A stretch of DNA of 64,000 bases from Cyanobium sp. NIES-981 (GCA_943371215.1 CALRUA020000003.1:160456-224455); one strand, 5' to 3'. Counted from the first letter of the stretch, positions 1 through 9,608 are shown. Numbers and translations are program-made. Notes: generated by a model from the sequence alone, not told the origin.

Positions 1-711
1 GATGCCAAGGCCGGCACCGGCGTGAAGCAACTGCAGCAGGCGGCGATCCGGGCCGGGGCGGCCCTCAATGCCCGCCGTGCCGGTCGCGGCATGAAGCCCA
101 GGCCTGTGCGGGCGTTGATGCTGGGATTTCCCAATGTGGGGAAGTCGGCCTTGATCAACCGGTTGGTGCGCCAGAAGGTGGTGGACAGTGCCCGCCGGGC
201 CGGCGTGACCCGCAGCCTGCGCTGGGTGCGGCTGGGGCAGGACCTCGACCTGCTGGATGCCCCAGGGGTGTTGCCACCCAGGCTGGATGACCAGTTGGCG
301 GCCCTGCGCCTCGCCCTGTGCGACGACATCGGCCAGGCCGCCTACGACGGCGAAGCGGTGGCCATGGCCTTTGTGCGGGTGCTGGCAGGGCTGGAGCCCG
401 TGCTGGCTGCGGGGGTGCCCGCCGGGTTGCTGGAGCGCCGCTATGGGGTGCCGTTGCAGGCGCTCGGGGCGTTGGCTGCAGGCTCAGAGGCACCTTCGCA
501 GGGTTCTGTACAGCCTGTACAGAATTCCGGAGAGCATCCCGCAGGACTCCCCCCTGACGCCGCCGCCTGGTTGGAGGCTGCGGCCACGCGCCACACCAGC
601 GGCGACACGGCCCGCATGGCCCAGCGGCTGCTCGACGACTTCCGCCGCGGTGTGCTCGGCCCCATTGCCCTGGAATTACCCGCGGCGGCCAAGGTTCCAG
701 CACAGCCATGA
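1..711 (+). CDS. rbgA: Ribosome biogenesis GTPase A (RbgA/YlqF), 5' end cut by window edge
   Basis: Frame 1 is open from nt 1. 'MLGFPNVGKSALINRL' (P-loop) and 'LLDAPGVLPP' fit the circularly permuted YlqF GTPase. The stop overlaps the next ATG (ATGA at 708-711). Confidence 0.8.
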   Translation, partial: DAKAGTGVKQLQQAAIRAGAALNARRAGRGMKPRPVRALMLGFPNVGKSALINRLVRQKVVDSARRAGVTRSLRWVRLGQDLDLLDAPGVLPPRLDDQLAALRLALCDDIGQAAYDGEAVAMAFVRVLAGLEPVLAAGVPAGLLERRYGVPLQALGALAAGSEAPSQGSVQPVQNSGEHPAGLPPDAAAWLEAAATRHTSGDTARMAQRLLDDFRRGVLGPIALELPAAAKVPAQP

Positions 712-1685
712 GTGGGTTCGGCGAAGGCGACGGCGAGTTGCTCACGCTCATCTATCCCAAGCCGCTGCCCATGCGGTTGGATCGCTGGTTGGTGGCCCAG
801 CGGCCCGAGCAGAGCCGTGCGCGTATTCAGAAGTTCATCGATGCCGGCTTTGTGCGGGTGAACGGCGTTACTGGCCGCGCCAAGACCCCCCTGCGCCTGC
901 ACGACACGGTGGAGCTGTGGATGCCGCCACCCGAGCCCCTGCCCTACCTGCTGGCCCAGGAGATTCCCCTGGATGTGCTGTTTGAAGACCAGCACCTGAT
1001 CGTGCTCAACAAGCCCGCCGGCCTCACGGTGCACCCGGCGCCCGGCAACAAGGACGGCACCCTGGTGAACGGCCTGCTGCACCACTGTCCCGATCTGCCC
1101 GGTATCGGTGGTGAACTGCGCCCGGGCATCGTGCACCGCCTCGACAAGGACACCACCGGTTGCATCGTGGTGGCTAAGAGTCAGGAGGCGCTGGTGAAGC
1201 TGCAGGTGCAGATCCAGCAGCGGGTGGCCTCGCGCAATTACGTGGCCGTGGTGCATGGCGTGCCCGCCGCTGACCACGGCACGATCGTGGGCGCCATCGG
1301 CCGCCATCCCGCCGATCGCAAGAAATATGCGGTGGTGCATGACGACACCGGCCGCCACGCCTGCACCCACTGGACCCTGGTGGAGCGCCTGGGCGACTAT
1401 TCGCTGCTGCGCTTCAAGCTGGACACCGGCCGCACTCACCAGATTCGGGTGCACTGTGCCCATATCGGCCATCCGATCGTGGGGGATCCCACCTACAGCC
1501 GGTGCCGCAAGTTGCCGATGCTCCTGCCGGGGCAGGCCCTGCATGCGATCCAGCTCGGGCTGGATCATCCGATCACCCGCGAGCGAATGCTGTTTGAAGC
1601 GCCGTTGCCGGAGGTGATGGAGAAGCTGCTCGCGCTGCTCAGGCGGCGGGCAGGCGCGGACAGGCTTCCACCAGCGTGCGCGTAA
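708..1685 (+). CDS. rluD: 23S rRNA pseudouridine synthase, RluD/RluA family
   Basis: S4-like N-terminus, catalytic-Asp motif 'HRLDKDTTGCIVVAKS', and 'GRTHQIRVH'. Confidence 0.9.
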   Translation: MSGFGEGDGELLTLIYPKPLPMRLDRWLVAQRPEQSRARIQKFIDAGFVRVNGVTGRAKTPLRLHDTVELWMPPPEPLPYLLAQEIPLDVLFEDQHLIVLNKPAGLTVHPAPGNKDGTLVNGLLHHCPDLPGIGGELRPGIVHRLDKDTTGCIVVAKSQEALVKLQVQIQQRVASRNYVAVVHGVPAADHGTIVGAIGRHPADRKKYAVVHDDTGRHACTHWTLVERLGDYSLLRFKLDTGRTHQIRVHCAHIGHPIVGDPTYSRCRKLPMLLPGQALHAIQLGLDHPITRERMLFEAPLPEVMEKLLALLRRRAGADRLPPACA

Positions 1686-3234
1686 TCGGCGCCTGGGGGG
1701 CAGCCAGCAGCTGATCCCCAGGCCCCTCCTCCACGATCCGGCCGCCATCCAGCACGATCACCCGCTGGCAGAAGCCACTGGCCACCGCCAGGTCGTGCGT
1801 CACGAACAGCATCCCCAGGCCCAGGCGCTGTTGCAGCTCCCGCAGCAGCTCCAGCACTTCGGCCTGCACCTCGGCATCGAGCATGCTCACGCTCTCGTCG
1901 CAGAGCAGCACCTGGGGATCGAGCACCAGGGCGCGGGCGATGGCCACCCGCTGTTGCTGCCCGCCGGAGAGCTGGCGGGGCAGGCGGTGTTCAAAGGCCT
2001 CCGCTGGGTTCAGTCCCACGGCGGTCAGCAGCCCGCGTGCCCGCTCCCGGGCCTCGGCGCGGCTGGCAAGCCGATGGATCAGCAGGGGATCGGCGATGGC
2101 CTGGCCCACCGTCATGGCCGGATTCAGGCAGGCCAGGGGATCCTGGAACACCATCTGGATGCAACGGCGGGCCCGGTGGTTCAGCTCCTGCCCCCGCAGT
2201 CGCACGCTGCCGCCCCGCACGGGCACCAGCCCCATCAGGGCACGACACAGGGTGCTCTTGCCGCAGCCAGAGGCTCCCACCACGCCGATGGTTTCGCCCT
2301 CGTGGAGCTGCAGGCTCACGCCATCCACCGCCTTGTACCAGCGCTGCTGCCAGGGCAGGGAGGGCAGCGGATGCCAGCAACGCAGGCCCTCCAGCTCCAG
2401 TAGCACCGGTGTTGCCGCAGGGGCAGCCGGCGTGGGGCTGCCCTCCCGGCTGCGGGCGGCCGCCACCAGCCGTTGGGCCAGGGCGGAACGGGGCTGGCTG
2501 AGGAGTTGCCGGGCGGGGGCCTGCTCCACCAGCTGGCCGCGATCCAGCACGGCGATCTGCTTGCACCAGCGGCCTGCCATGGCCAGGTCGTGGGTGATCA
2601 GCAGCAGCGCACTGCCCGATTCCTCACACAGCGCGCTGAGTTCCCCCATCACCTGGCCCGCCACCGCCACATCCAGGCTGGTGGTGGGCTCATCGGCGAT
2701 CACCAGCGGCGGCTCCAGGGCCATGGCCAGGGCGATGGCCAGGCGCTGGCGCATGCCGCCACTGAATTGATGGGGATAACTGCTGTAGCGGTCTGCACGG
2801 ATCCCCACCCGTTCCAACAGATCCTCCGCCCGCAGCCGCACCTGCCGGCGCGTCCAGCGGGGGCGATGGTCGGCCAAGGTGTCGCTGAGGTGTTCCCCGA
2901 TGGTGAGCAGGGGATTGAGCCGGGTCATCGGGTCCTGGAACACCAGGCCCACCGCTTCGCCGCGGAGGTGGCGCAGGGCCGAGCGCCGCAGCTGGCGCGG
3001 GTCCTGACCGGTGAGTTGTAGCGCGCCGCTGCAGGTGCTGCCCTGCGGGAGCAGCTGCAGCACAGCCCGCGCCACGGTGCTCTTGCCACAGCCGGAAGGC
3101 CCTACAAGGGCGAGGCGTTCCCCCGGGTGCAGGCTCAGATCCAGCCCGTTGAGGGTGGGGGTGTCGCAGCCGGGATACTGCACCACCAGCTGCTTCAGGG
3201 CAAGCACCGGGCCGGTCGTGGAGGGCGCGGCCAT
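1639..3234 (-). CDS. ABC transporter ATP-binding protein with duplicated ATPase domains (Dpp/Opp/Nik D-F fusion type)
   Basis: Two Walker A motifs ('GPSGCGKST', 'GASGCGKST'), two signatures ('FSGGMRQR', 'LSGGQQQR') and two Walker B motifs ('ADEPTTSLD', 'LCDESVSMLD'). I set the start at ATG 3234 ('MAAPSTTGPVLALKQL'). The longer ORF-track start would overlap the spoT start. Confidence 0.85.
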   Translation of the reverse strand: MAAPSTTGPVLALKQLVVQYPGCDTPTLNGLDLSLHPGERLALVGPSGCGKSTVARAVLQLLPQGSTCSGALQLTGQDPRQLRRSALRHLRGEAVGLVFQDPMTRLNPLLTIGEHLSDTLADHRPRWTRRQVRLRAEDLLERVGIRADRYSSYPHQFSGGMRQRLAIALAMALEPPLVIADEPTTSLDVAVAGQVMGELSALCEESGSALLLITHDLAMAGRWCKQIAVLDRGQLVEQAPARQLLSQPRSALAQRLVAAARSREGSPTPAAPAATPVLLELEGLRCWHPLPSLPWQQRWYKAVDGVSLQLHEGETIGVVGASGCGKSTLCRALMGLVPVRGGSVRLRGQELNHRARRCIQMVFQDPLACLNPAMTVGQAIADPLLIHRLASRAEARERARGLLTAVGLNPAEAFEHRLPRQLSGGQQQRVAIARALVLDPQVLLCDESVSMLDAEVQAEVLELLRELQQRLGLGMLFVTHDLAVASGFCQRVIVLDGGRIVEEGPGDQLLAAPQAPITRTLVEACPRLPAA

Positions 3235-3340
3235 GGCGGGCGAGCAGGGGCGCAGGGTGACTCCAGCTTGGACTGCAAACGAGCACCCGCGGAAGGTTTG
3301 TTTCGCCCGCTGCATACGATGGTTCCAAACGCAGAGCGCC

Positions 3341-5650
3341 ATGCTCCACGCGGTGCCAGCTACGGCCGAAGCAGCTGCCTCTGCGCCGCCCATGCCCCTG
3401 GGCCGCCGGCTGATTCGCACCCCGGACGACTACGGCATCCCCTTGCCGGAGTGGCTGCGACGCTGCGTGGAGCACGTGCCCCCGGGAACCGGCGAGAGTT
3501 GTCCCACCGATGCCGAGGCTCTGCTGGCTTCGGCTTTTGATTTCGCCTTTCAGCTCCACGATGGCCAGGTGCGGGCCAGCGGTGAGCCCTACATCTGCCA
3601 TCCGGTGGCGGTGGCTGATCTGCTGCGCGATATCGGCGCCAGTGCTGGTGTGATCGCGGCCGGCTTCCTCCACGACGTGGTGGAAGACACCGACGTGACC
3701 CCCGAGGAGATCGAGCAGCACTTCGGTGCTGAGGTGCGGGGCCTGGTGGAGGGCGTGACCAAGCTGGGCGGCATTCACTTCACCAACAAAACAGAGGCCC
3801 AGGCTGAAAACCTGCGGCGCATGTTCCTGGCCATGGCCAGTGATATTCGTGTGGTGTTGGTGAAGCTGGCCGACCGCCTGCACAACATGCGCACCCTCGG
3901 GGCCCTCAAGCCCGAGAAGCAGCAGCGCATTGCCCGCGAAACCCGCGAGATCTATGGACCGCTGGCCAACCGCCTGGGCATCGGCCGGCTCAAGTGGGAG
4001 CTGGAAGATCTGGCCTTCAAGATCCTCGAGCCGGAGGCCTTCCGCGAGATCCAGCAGCAGGTGGCCACCAAGCGCAGTGAGCGGGAGGAGCGGCTCGGGG
4101 TCACGGTGCAGCTGCTGCGCGATCGCCTTGCCGCCGCTGGCTTGAACGACTGCGATGTGAGTGGCAGGCCCAAGCACCTCTACGGCATCTGGAGCAAGAT
4201 GCAACGCCAGCAGAAGGCCTTCCACGAGATCTACGACGTGGCGGCGCTGCGGATCCTCACTCCCAACCTGGAGAGCTGCTACCGAGCCCTCGCGGTGGTG
4301 CACGACACCTTCCGGCCCATTCCCGGTCGCTTCAAGGACTACATCGGCCTGCCCAAGCCCAATGGCTACCAGTCGTTGCATACGGCGGTGATCGGTCGCC
4401 ATCGGCCGATTGAGGTGCAGATCCGCACGGCGGACATGCATCAGGTGGCGGAGTTCGGCATTGCCGCCCACTGGAAATACAAGGAGGGCGGCTCGCCAGC
4501 AGCCACAGGCAATGATGCCGAGCGCTTCAACTGGCTGCGGCAGCTGGTGGATTGGCAGAAGGATGGCGTTGGCGAAGACAGTAACGACTTCCTGCGCTCC
4601 ATCAAGGAAGACCTGTTCGATGAAGAGGTGTTCGTGTTCACCCCCAGCGGCGATGTGGTGGGGCTGCGCAAGGGCTCCACGGCCGTGGACTTTGCCTATC
4701 GCATTCACTCCGAGGTGGGCAATCACTGCCAGGGTGTTCGCATCAATGATCGCCTCTGCCCCCTGGCCACGCCCCTGCAGAACGGCGACTTTGTGCAGGT
4801 GATCACCGCCAAGAGTGCGCACCCCAGCCTGGATTGGCTCAACTTCGTGGCCACCCCCACGGCGCGCAATCGCATCCGCCAGTGGTACAAGAAAAGCCAC
4901 CGCGAGGACAACATCCTGCGGGGCACGGCGATGCTCGAGCGGGAGCTCGGGCGTGATGGCTTCGATGCCCTGCTGCATGGCGAGGCCATGGCCAAGGTGG
5001 CCCGCCGCTGCAACCTGGTGGGTACGGAAGATCTGCTGGCCGCCATCGGCTTCGGCGGGGTCACCCTGCACCAGGTGCTCAATCGCCTGCGCGAGGAGCT
5101 ACGCCTGGCCACCGCAGCAGCGGCGCCGGTGCTGAGCAACGAAGAGCTGGCCCGCAATGTGTCGGCCCAGGGCCACCAGCCCCCCTCAGCCCACGGCGAT
5201 GCCAGCCCGATCCTGGGCCTGGAGGGTCTGGAATACCGCATGGGCGGCTGCTGCAGCCCCCTCCCAGGGGAGCCGATCGTGGGCACCGTGGCCCTGGGGA
5301 ATCACGGCATCACCATTCACCGCCAGGACTGCGCCAATCTCACGCCGGTGCCCGCCGAGCGGCGGTTGCCGGTGCGCTGGAACTCCCTTGCCGACGACCA
5401 GCGGCGCCGTTATCCCGTGCAGCTGCGCATCGAAGTGCTGGACCGGGTGGGCGTGCTCAAGGACATCCTCACGCGCCTGTCGGATAGCCGGATCAATGTG
5501 AGCGATGCCCGGGTGCGCACCAATCCGGGCAAGCCCGCCCGCATTGACCTGCGGGTGGAACTCGCCAGTGCCGCCCAGCTGCGCACCACCATGGATCAGA
5601 TCCGTTCGATGGCCGATGTGCTCGACCTGGCCCGCACTGGCATTGGTTGA
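3341..5650 (+). CDS. spoT: Bifunctional (p)ppGpp synthetase/hydrolase RelA/SpoT family
   Basis: HD hydrolase motifs ('HPVAVADLL', 'HDVVEDT'), synthetase region ('YQSLHTAV...EVQIRT'), then TGS and ACT-like C-terminal regions. Start chosen at ATG 3341 ('MLHAVP'). Confidence 0.92.
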   Translation: MLHAVPATAEAAASAPPMPLGRRLIRTPDDYGIPLPEWLRRCVEHVPPGTGESCPTDAEALLASAFDFAFQLHDGQVRASGEPYICHPVAVADLLRDIGASAGVIAAGFLHDVVEDTDVTPEEIEQHFGAEVRGLVEGVTKLGGIHFTNKTEAQAENLRRMFLAMASDIRVVLVKLADRLHNMRTLGALKPEKQQRIARETREIYGPLANRLGIGRLKWELEDLAFKILEPEAFREIQQQVATKRSEREERLGVTVQLLRDRLAAAGLNDCDVSGRPKHLYGIWSKMQRQQKAFHEIYDVAALRILTPNLESCYRALAVVHDTFRPIPGRFKDYIGLPKPNGYQSLHTAVIGRHRPIEVQIRTADMHQVAEFGIAAHWKYKEGGSPAATGNDAERFNWLRQLVDWQKDGVGEDSNDFLRSIKEDLFDEEVFVFTPSGDVVGLRKGSTAVDFAYRIHSEVGNHCQGVRINDRLCPLATPLQNGDFVQVITAKSAHPSLDWLNFVATPTARNRIRQWYKKSHREDNILRGTAMLERELGRDGFDALLHGEAMAKVARRCNLVGTEDLLAAIGFGGVTLHQVLNRLREELRLATAAAAPVLSNEELARNVSAQGHQPPSAHGDASPILGLEGLEYRMGGCCSPLPGEPIVGTVALGNHGITIHRQDCANLTPVPAERRLPVRWNSLADDQRRRYPVQLRIEVLDRVGVLKDILTRLSDSRINVSDARVRTNPGKPARIDLRVELASAAQLRTTMDQIRSMADVLDLARTGIG

Positions 5651-5946
5651 GGCCTGGTGACATCAGGGCAGGGTGAAGCCCGAGGTGTTCAGGTGCTTGA
5701 GATCCAGCAGCACAACCGTGAGCCAACCCAGCAGGGCCAACCCTCCGATCGCCCCGAGGGCAACCAGCAAGGCGGTGAGCGCCGACCGTGGGGACCCGTT
5801 GTCGTTCGCCACGCCCGTGCCCTGTAGATAGCGGATCCTCCCACGCCTGCAGGTTGGCGTCTGCCGACACGGCGCCGGGTGGGTGTGCAGCACTACAGCG
5901 TTTCGTCTGCGCAGCTCGTACAACGGCGCCACACCGGGGAGTTGCC

Positions 5947-6141
5947 ATGACCTCCGACCAAGCCGCCCAACTGATCGACGACACCCTGGATCGGGTGCAT
6001 CAGCGCCTGCTGGAGCTGGAAGCGGGGCAGCAGCCATGGGCCCATCGCGCCCTTGCCGAGGAGTTCCGCGAATGGCGTCATCCCGTGGGTGGCCACATCG
6101 ATCTGATGGTGTGTCCGGGCTTCCCATCCGGTGGCAGTTGA
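5947..6141 (+). CDS. Hypothetical small protein (64 aa)
   Basis: ATG-initiated ORF 'MTSDQAAQLIDDTLDRVHQRLLELEAG...', ending 30 nt upstream of mnmE on the same strand. I recognise no family, so this rests on ORF evidence only. Confidence 0.3.
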   Translation: MTSDQAAQLIDDTLDRVHQRLLELEAGQQPWAHRALAEEFREWRHPVGGHIDLMVCPGFPSGGS

Positions 6142-6170
6142 GACTGGCCTAACGGGTTCCCATAGCTGCC

Positions 6171-7526
6171 TTGATTGAGGACACCATCGCGGCGGTTGCC
6201 ACGGCCGTTGCAGCCGGTGAAGGCAGCGTGGCAATCGTGCGGATATCGGGGCCTGCAGCCGCGGCTATCGGGCAGGGCCTGTTTGTGGCCCCCGGCCATC
6301 AGCCCTGGCACAGCCATCGGGTGCTCTATGGCCACGTGGTGGATCCCGCCACGGCGGAACGGGTGGATGAGGCCCTGCTGCTGTGGATGCAGGCCCCGCG
6401 CAGTTACACCCGTGAGGATGTGGTGGAGCTCCACTGCCACGGCGGCCTGGTGGCGGTGCAGCGGGTGCTGGAGCTGGTGCTGGCGGCCGGAGCCCGTCGG
6501 GCCGAGCCCGGGGAGTTCAGCCAGCGGGCTTTTCTCAACGGCCGGCTCGACCTCACCCGTGCCGAGGCGATCAGCGAGATGATCACCGCCCGCAGCCGCC
6601 GGGCCGCCCAGCTGGCCATGGCCGGCATTGATGGCGGCCTGCAGCAGCGCATCGGCGGCCTGCGGGAGCGGTTGCTGGACCAGTTGGCGGAGCTGGAGGC
6701 CCGGGTGGATTTCGAGGAGGATCTGCCCCCTCTCGATGGCACCGCGGTCGTGGCGGAGCTTGAGGCGGTGCGGGCTGCGCTGGAGCAGCTGGTGGCGGAG
6801 GCCCGCCAGGGGGAGCTGCTGCGCGATGGCCTGCGGGTAGCGATCGTGGGCCGCCCCAACGTGGGCAAATCGAGCCTGCTCAACCTGCTCAGCCGCCGCG
6901 AGCGGGCGATCGTGACCGACCTGCCCGGCACCACCCGTGACCTGCTCGAGAGCGAGCTGGTGCTCGACGGCGTGCCGCTCACCCTGCTCGACACCGCTGG
7001 CATCCGCCCCACCAGCGACCGGGTGGAGCAACTGGGCATCGAGCGCTCGCGCCAGGCCTTGGCGGCGGCCGATGTGGTGCTGCTGCTGTTTGACCTCTCC
7101 CTGGGCTGGACGCCGGACGATGAGCAGCTGCGCCAGCTGGTGCCCGAGGGGGCCGTTCTGCTGGTGGCCGGCAACAAGGCGGATTTGGCTGGAGCTGATC
7201 TCGCCCCCGTGATGCCGCCCCATGTGGCCTTCAGCGCCCTCACTGGCGAGGGCCGCGATCAGCTGGTGGCGGAGCTGTTGCGCCGCTGTGGCGCCGGCCC
7301 CTTGGAGGGGGTGCAGGTGGCCCTCAATGTCCGCCAGCGGGATCTGGCAGCGGCGGCGGCGATGAGCCTGGGGGCCTCGCTTGAGGCGGCCGAACAGCAG
7401 CTGCCCTGGGATTTCTGGACGATTGATCTGCGGGCCGCCGTGCGCTCCCTCGGCGAGATCACGGGTGAGGAGGTGACTGAAGCGGTGCTGGATCGGGTGT
7501 TTGCCCGCTTCTGTATTGGCAAATAG
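6171..7526 (+). CDS. mnmE: tRNA uridine-5-carboxymethylaminomethyl modification GTPase MnmE (TrmE)
   Basis: 'DTIAAVATA' N-terminus, G-domain motifs 'GRPNVGKSSLLN', 'DTAGIR' and 'NKADL', and the diagnostic C-terminal 'CIGK'. TTG start. Confidence 0.93.
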   Translation: MIEDTIAAVATAVAAGEGSVAIVRISGPAAAAIGQGLFVAPGHQPWHSHRVLYGHVVDPATAERVDEALLLWMQAPRSYTREDVVELHCHGGLVAVQRVLELVLAAGARRAEPGEFSQRAFLNGRLDLTRAEAISEMITARSRRAAQLAMAGIDGGLQQRIGGLRERLLDQLAELEARVDFEEDLPPLDGTAVVAELEAVRAALEQLVAEARQGELLRDGLRVAIVGRPNVGKSSLLNLLSRRERAIVTDLPGTTRDLLESELVLDGVPLTLLDTAGIRPTSDRVEQLGIERSRQALAAADVVLLLFDLSLGWTPDDEQLRQLVPEGAVLLVAGNKADLAGADLAPVMPPHVAFSALTGEGRDQLVAELLRRCGAGPLEGVQVALNVRQRDLAAAAAMSLGASLEAAEQQLPWDFWTIDLRAAVRSLGEITGEEVTEAVLDRVFARFCIGK

Positions 7527-8988
7527 CCGAGCGTCCTGGGCCCAGCCTGGCGGCCAGGAATACCAGGGCCATCACGGCGTAGCCCAGGGCCCAGGGCCTG
7601 CCCACCCCCCAGCCCAATTGCAGCACGGTGTCGGAGCTAGTGAACTGCCAGGCGTGGATCACGCCGAACCAGGCCAGCACCGCTGCGATGGCAGCGCAGG
7701 CTGCCGCCGCCAGCAACCGGGCTTCGATCAGGTACACCAGCATGCCGGCCAGCAGCATGGCCGCGATGATCTGGCCCTGCTCCAGGGCAAAGGCTCCGGC
7801 TGCCCACACATCGGCCTGGGCCAGGGGCTGGAGCAGGGCTGGACCAAACGGGTGCGTGGCGGTGCCGCTGCCGCCGGCCCGCAGCCCCGCCTTGAGCATC
7901 AGTGATCCCCAGCCCGCCAGCCCGGGGAGCAGGCCCAGGGCCACGGCTGGAGCATGGCGCAGCGGGGTGGCCTGGAAGGCCTGGGCGGCGATCACCAGGC
8001 CGATGTAGAGCACGATGGCCATGCCCGCTTCGATCGGCACCAGCTGGCCGATCACCCCAAACAGCCCCAGTAGGCAGGCGGCTCCCATCACGAGGCCGTT
8101 GAGCCAGGAGTAGCCGATGCGGGCGCCCATCGCCTTCCAGCCGGGATGGCCGATGTAGAGGGTTGTGGGGAAACAGGATCCCAGAGAGGCAGCGGCCAGG
8201 GTGCCGAGGCCGTTGATCAGCATGGAGCTCCGAACCGGGTAGCGATCGCCTGCGGCCTCGGCGCTCTCCAGGTTCTGGAGGGAGCCGATCACGTTGAACA
8301 GTCCCATGGGCACGATCACCCCCAGCCATGGCAGCAGCTGGCTGCGGGCCTGCCACAGGGCCTCCAGCTGCAGCTGCGGCAGATGCAGGCCAATCAGAGC
8401 AGTGCTGCTCTGCCAGGCCACCGGGTTCAGGCGGATTAGGCCGGTGGCCCAGGCCAGCACGACGCCAAGCACGACGGCCACCAGGCCGGCGGGTACGGGC
8501 CAGCGCACAGGGGTGTAGTAGCCCACCAGAATCACGGCCAGCACGGCTAGCCCAACCACGGGATGCGCGTAGGTGCGCAGCAGGAACCCCAGGGCGATGT
8601 AGCCCAGGGCAATCCCCGCGAGCGTGGAAAGCAGTGCAGCTCGCGGTAACCAGCGCCTCAGGGCGTTGGCCACGAAGGCTCCAGCCGCTTCGATCAGCCC
8701 TGATCCCAGGCACGCGATCAGCCCCGCTTGCCAGGAGAGGGTCACGGCGTCGGCTTCATTCAGGCCCCGGCCCAGGGCGGCCAGTTTCACCGGCAGCATC
8801 ACCAGAAACACGTAGGCGAACAGACTCACCGTGTTGATGCCGTAGGGAAGGGCGGTGCGGTCATCGCGCCCCTCCCGCCTGGCCAGTTGAAAGGCCTGGC
8901 GGGCGTAGGCCAGGTTGCCCACCACCAGGCTGATGCCCGTGGCCGGCAGGATCGTGCCGAACACCAGGCTGTCGGGGTACCCGAGCAC
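7459..8988 (-). CDS. Multi-pass permease, xanthine/uracil/vitamin C (NCS2/AzgA-like) superfamily
   Basis: About 12 hydrophobic segments and an 'ALPYGINT' motif. 8988 is the first canonical start (GTG). The frame stays open upstream and encodes 'KLISQSTNARPQPRWWVAGDLDGVLGLGLDNLIQILLIVGL', which looks like the real N-terminus and first TM helix. A possible CTG start lies at 9123 (see findings). Confidence 0.8.
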   Translation of the reverse strand: MLGYPDSLVFGTILPATGISLVVGNLAYARQAFQLARREGRDDRTALPYGINTVSLFAYVFLVMLPVKLAALGRGLNEADAVTLSWQAGLIACLGSGLIEAAGAFVANALRRWLPRAALLSTLAGIALGYIALGFLLRTYAHPVVGLAVLAVILVGYYTPVRWPVPAGLVAVVLGVVLAWATGLIRLNPVAWQSSTALIGLHLPQLQLEALWQARSQLLPWLGVIVPMGLFNVIGSLQNLESAEAAGDRYPVRSSMLINGLGTLAAASLGSCFPTTLYIGHPGWKAMGARIGYSWLNGLVMGAACLLGLFGVIGQLVPIEAGMAIVLYIGLVIAAQAFQATPLRHAPAVALGLLPGLAGWGSLMLKAGLRAGGSGTATHPFGPALLQPLAQADVWAAGAFALEQGQIIAAMLLAGMLVYLIEARLLAAAACAAIAAVLAWFGVIHAWQFTSSDTVLQLGWGVGRPWALGYAVMALVFLAARLGPGRSAICQYRSGQTPDPAPLQSPPHP

Positions 8989-9119
8989 GCCACGGCAGAG
9001 GCCAACGATCAGGAGGATCTGGATCAGGTTGTCGAGCCCGAGGCCCAGGACGCCATCGAGATCACCCGCAACCCACCAGCGTGGTTGGGGCCGGGCGTTG
9101 GTGGATTGCGAGATGAGCT

Positions 9120-9608
9120 TCAGCCGCCGTAGTTCAGGGATGAATGGTGAAGCACGATCCGCACACTGCCATCCGTTTCCCTCACAAATGTCCAGGTCTT
9201 GTCAACGCTGGTGACGCTGCCTGTGGCATCGGTGAAGATCACATTCCCCATCGTGGTGGCCGAGGAACCATCGAGCTGAATCACCTGATTCACAATTCTG
9301 CAGGAGCGCCAGGGTTTGATGGCAAAACCCTTGTCTTGTGGGAAGTTCGGATTGTTGCCAACAAAGTAAGCAAGCGCGCCCTCGCGGGTGGTGCGAAAGG
9401 TCTGCTCCCCTGAGGCCAAGGTGGGCTTGAAAGCCACAGGTCCGTATTGGTAGCCGTAGGCTTGATCGATCACCTGGGCAGCGGTTGCCTTGGCCTTGGC
9501 GATGCCTCCCTTGGAGTAATCGGAGCTGATTTGCAGCAGGGCTTTGCACCAGCCTTCCTGGGCCTGGAGCACCTGGTTGTCGTATCGGGCCGGCCACGGC
9601 AGCTCCAT
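9120..9608 (-). CDS. NTF2-like fold protein (DUF4440 / CaMKII-association-domain-like)
   Basis: 162 aa with no signal peptide. The C-terminal 'WTFVRETDGSVRIVLHHSSL' resembles the W-x-I-x-HHSS ending of the bacterial CaMKII-AD/DUF4440 family. The assignment is from memory of that family. GC is visibly lower than in neighbouring genes. Confidence 0.6.
   Translation of the reverse strand: MELPWPARYDNQVLQAQEGWCKALLQISSDYSKGGIAKAKATAAQVIDQAYGYQYGPVAFKPTLASGEQTFRTTREGALAYFVGNNPNFPQDKGFAIKPWRSCRIVNQVIQLDGSSATTMGNVIFTDATGSVTSVDKTWTFVRETDGSVRIVLHHSSLNYGG

Noticed and set aside
441-1748. 435-aa minus-strand ORF
   Set aside because: It is antisense to rbgA/rluD, which have clear catalytic motifs. No recognisable domain. 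A GC-driven open frame.
1639-3234. The duplicated ABC ATPase as the missing transporter partner of the orphan binding protein at 10566
   Set aside because: It is about 7 kb away, on the opposite strand, separated by unrelated genes, and of the Dpp/Opp/Nik D-F type rather than the polar-amino-acid type. No permease gene is present in the window.
2690-5071. 793-aa minus-strand ORF, the longest ORF-track entry in this region
   Set aside because: It lies antisense to spoT, and at its end overlaps the ABC ATPase gene in a different frame. Its translation is low-complexity Ala/Gly/Arg/Pro-rich with no motifs, while the plus strand carries clear RelA/SpoT HD, synthetase, TGS and ACT motifs. This is a typical high-GC shadow ORF.
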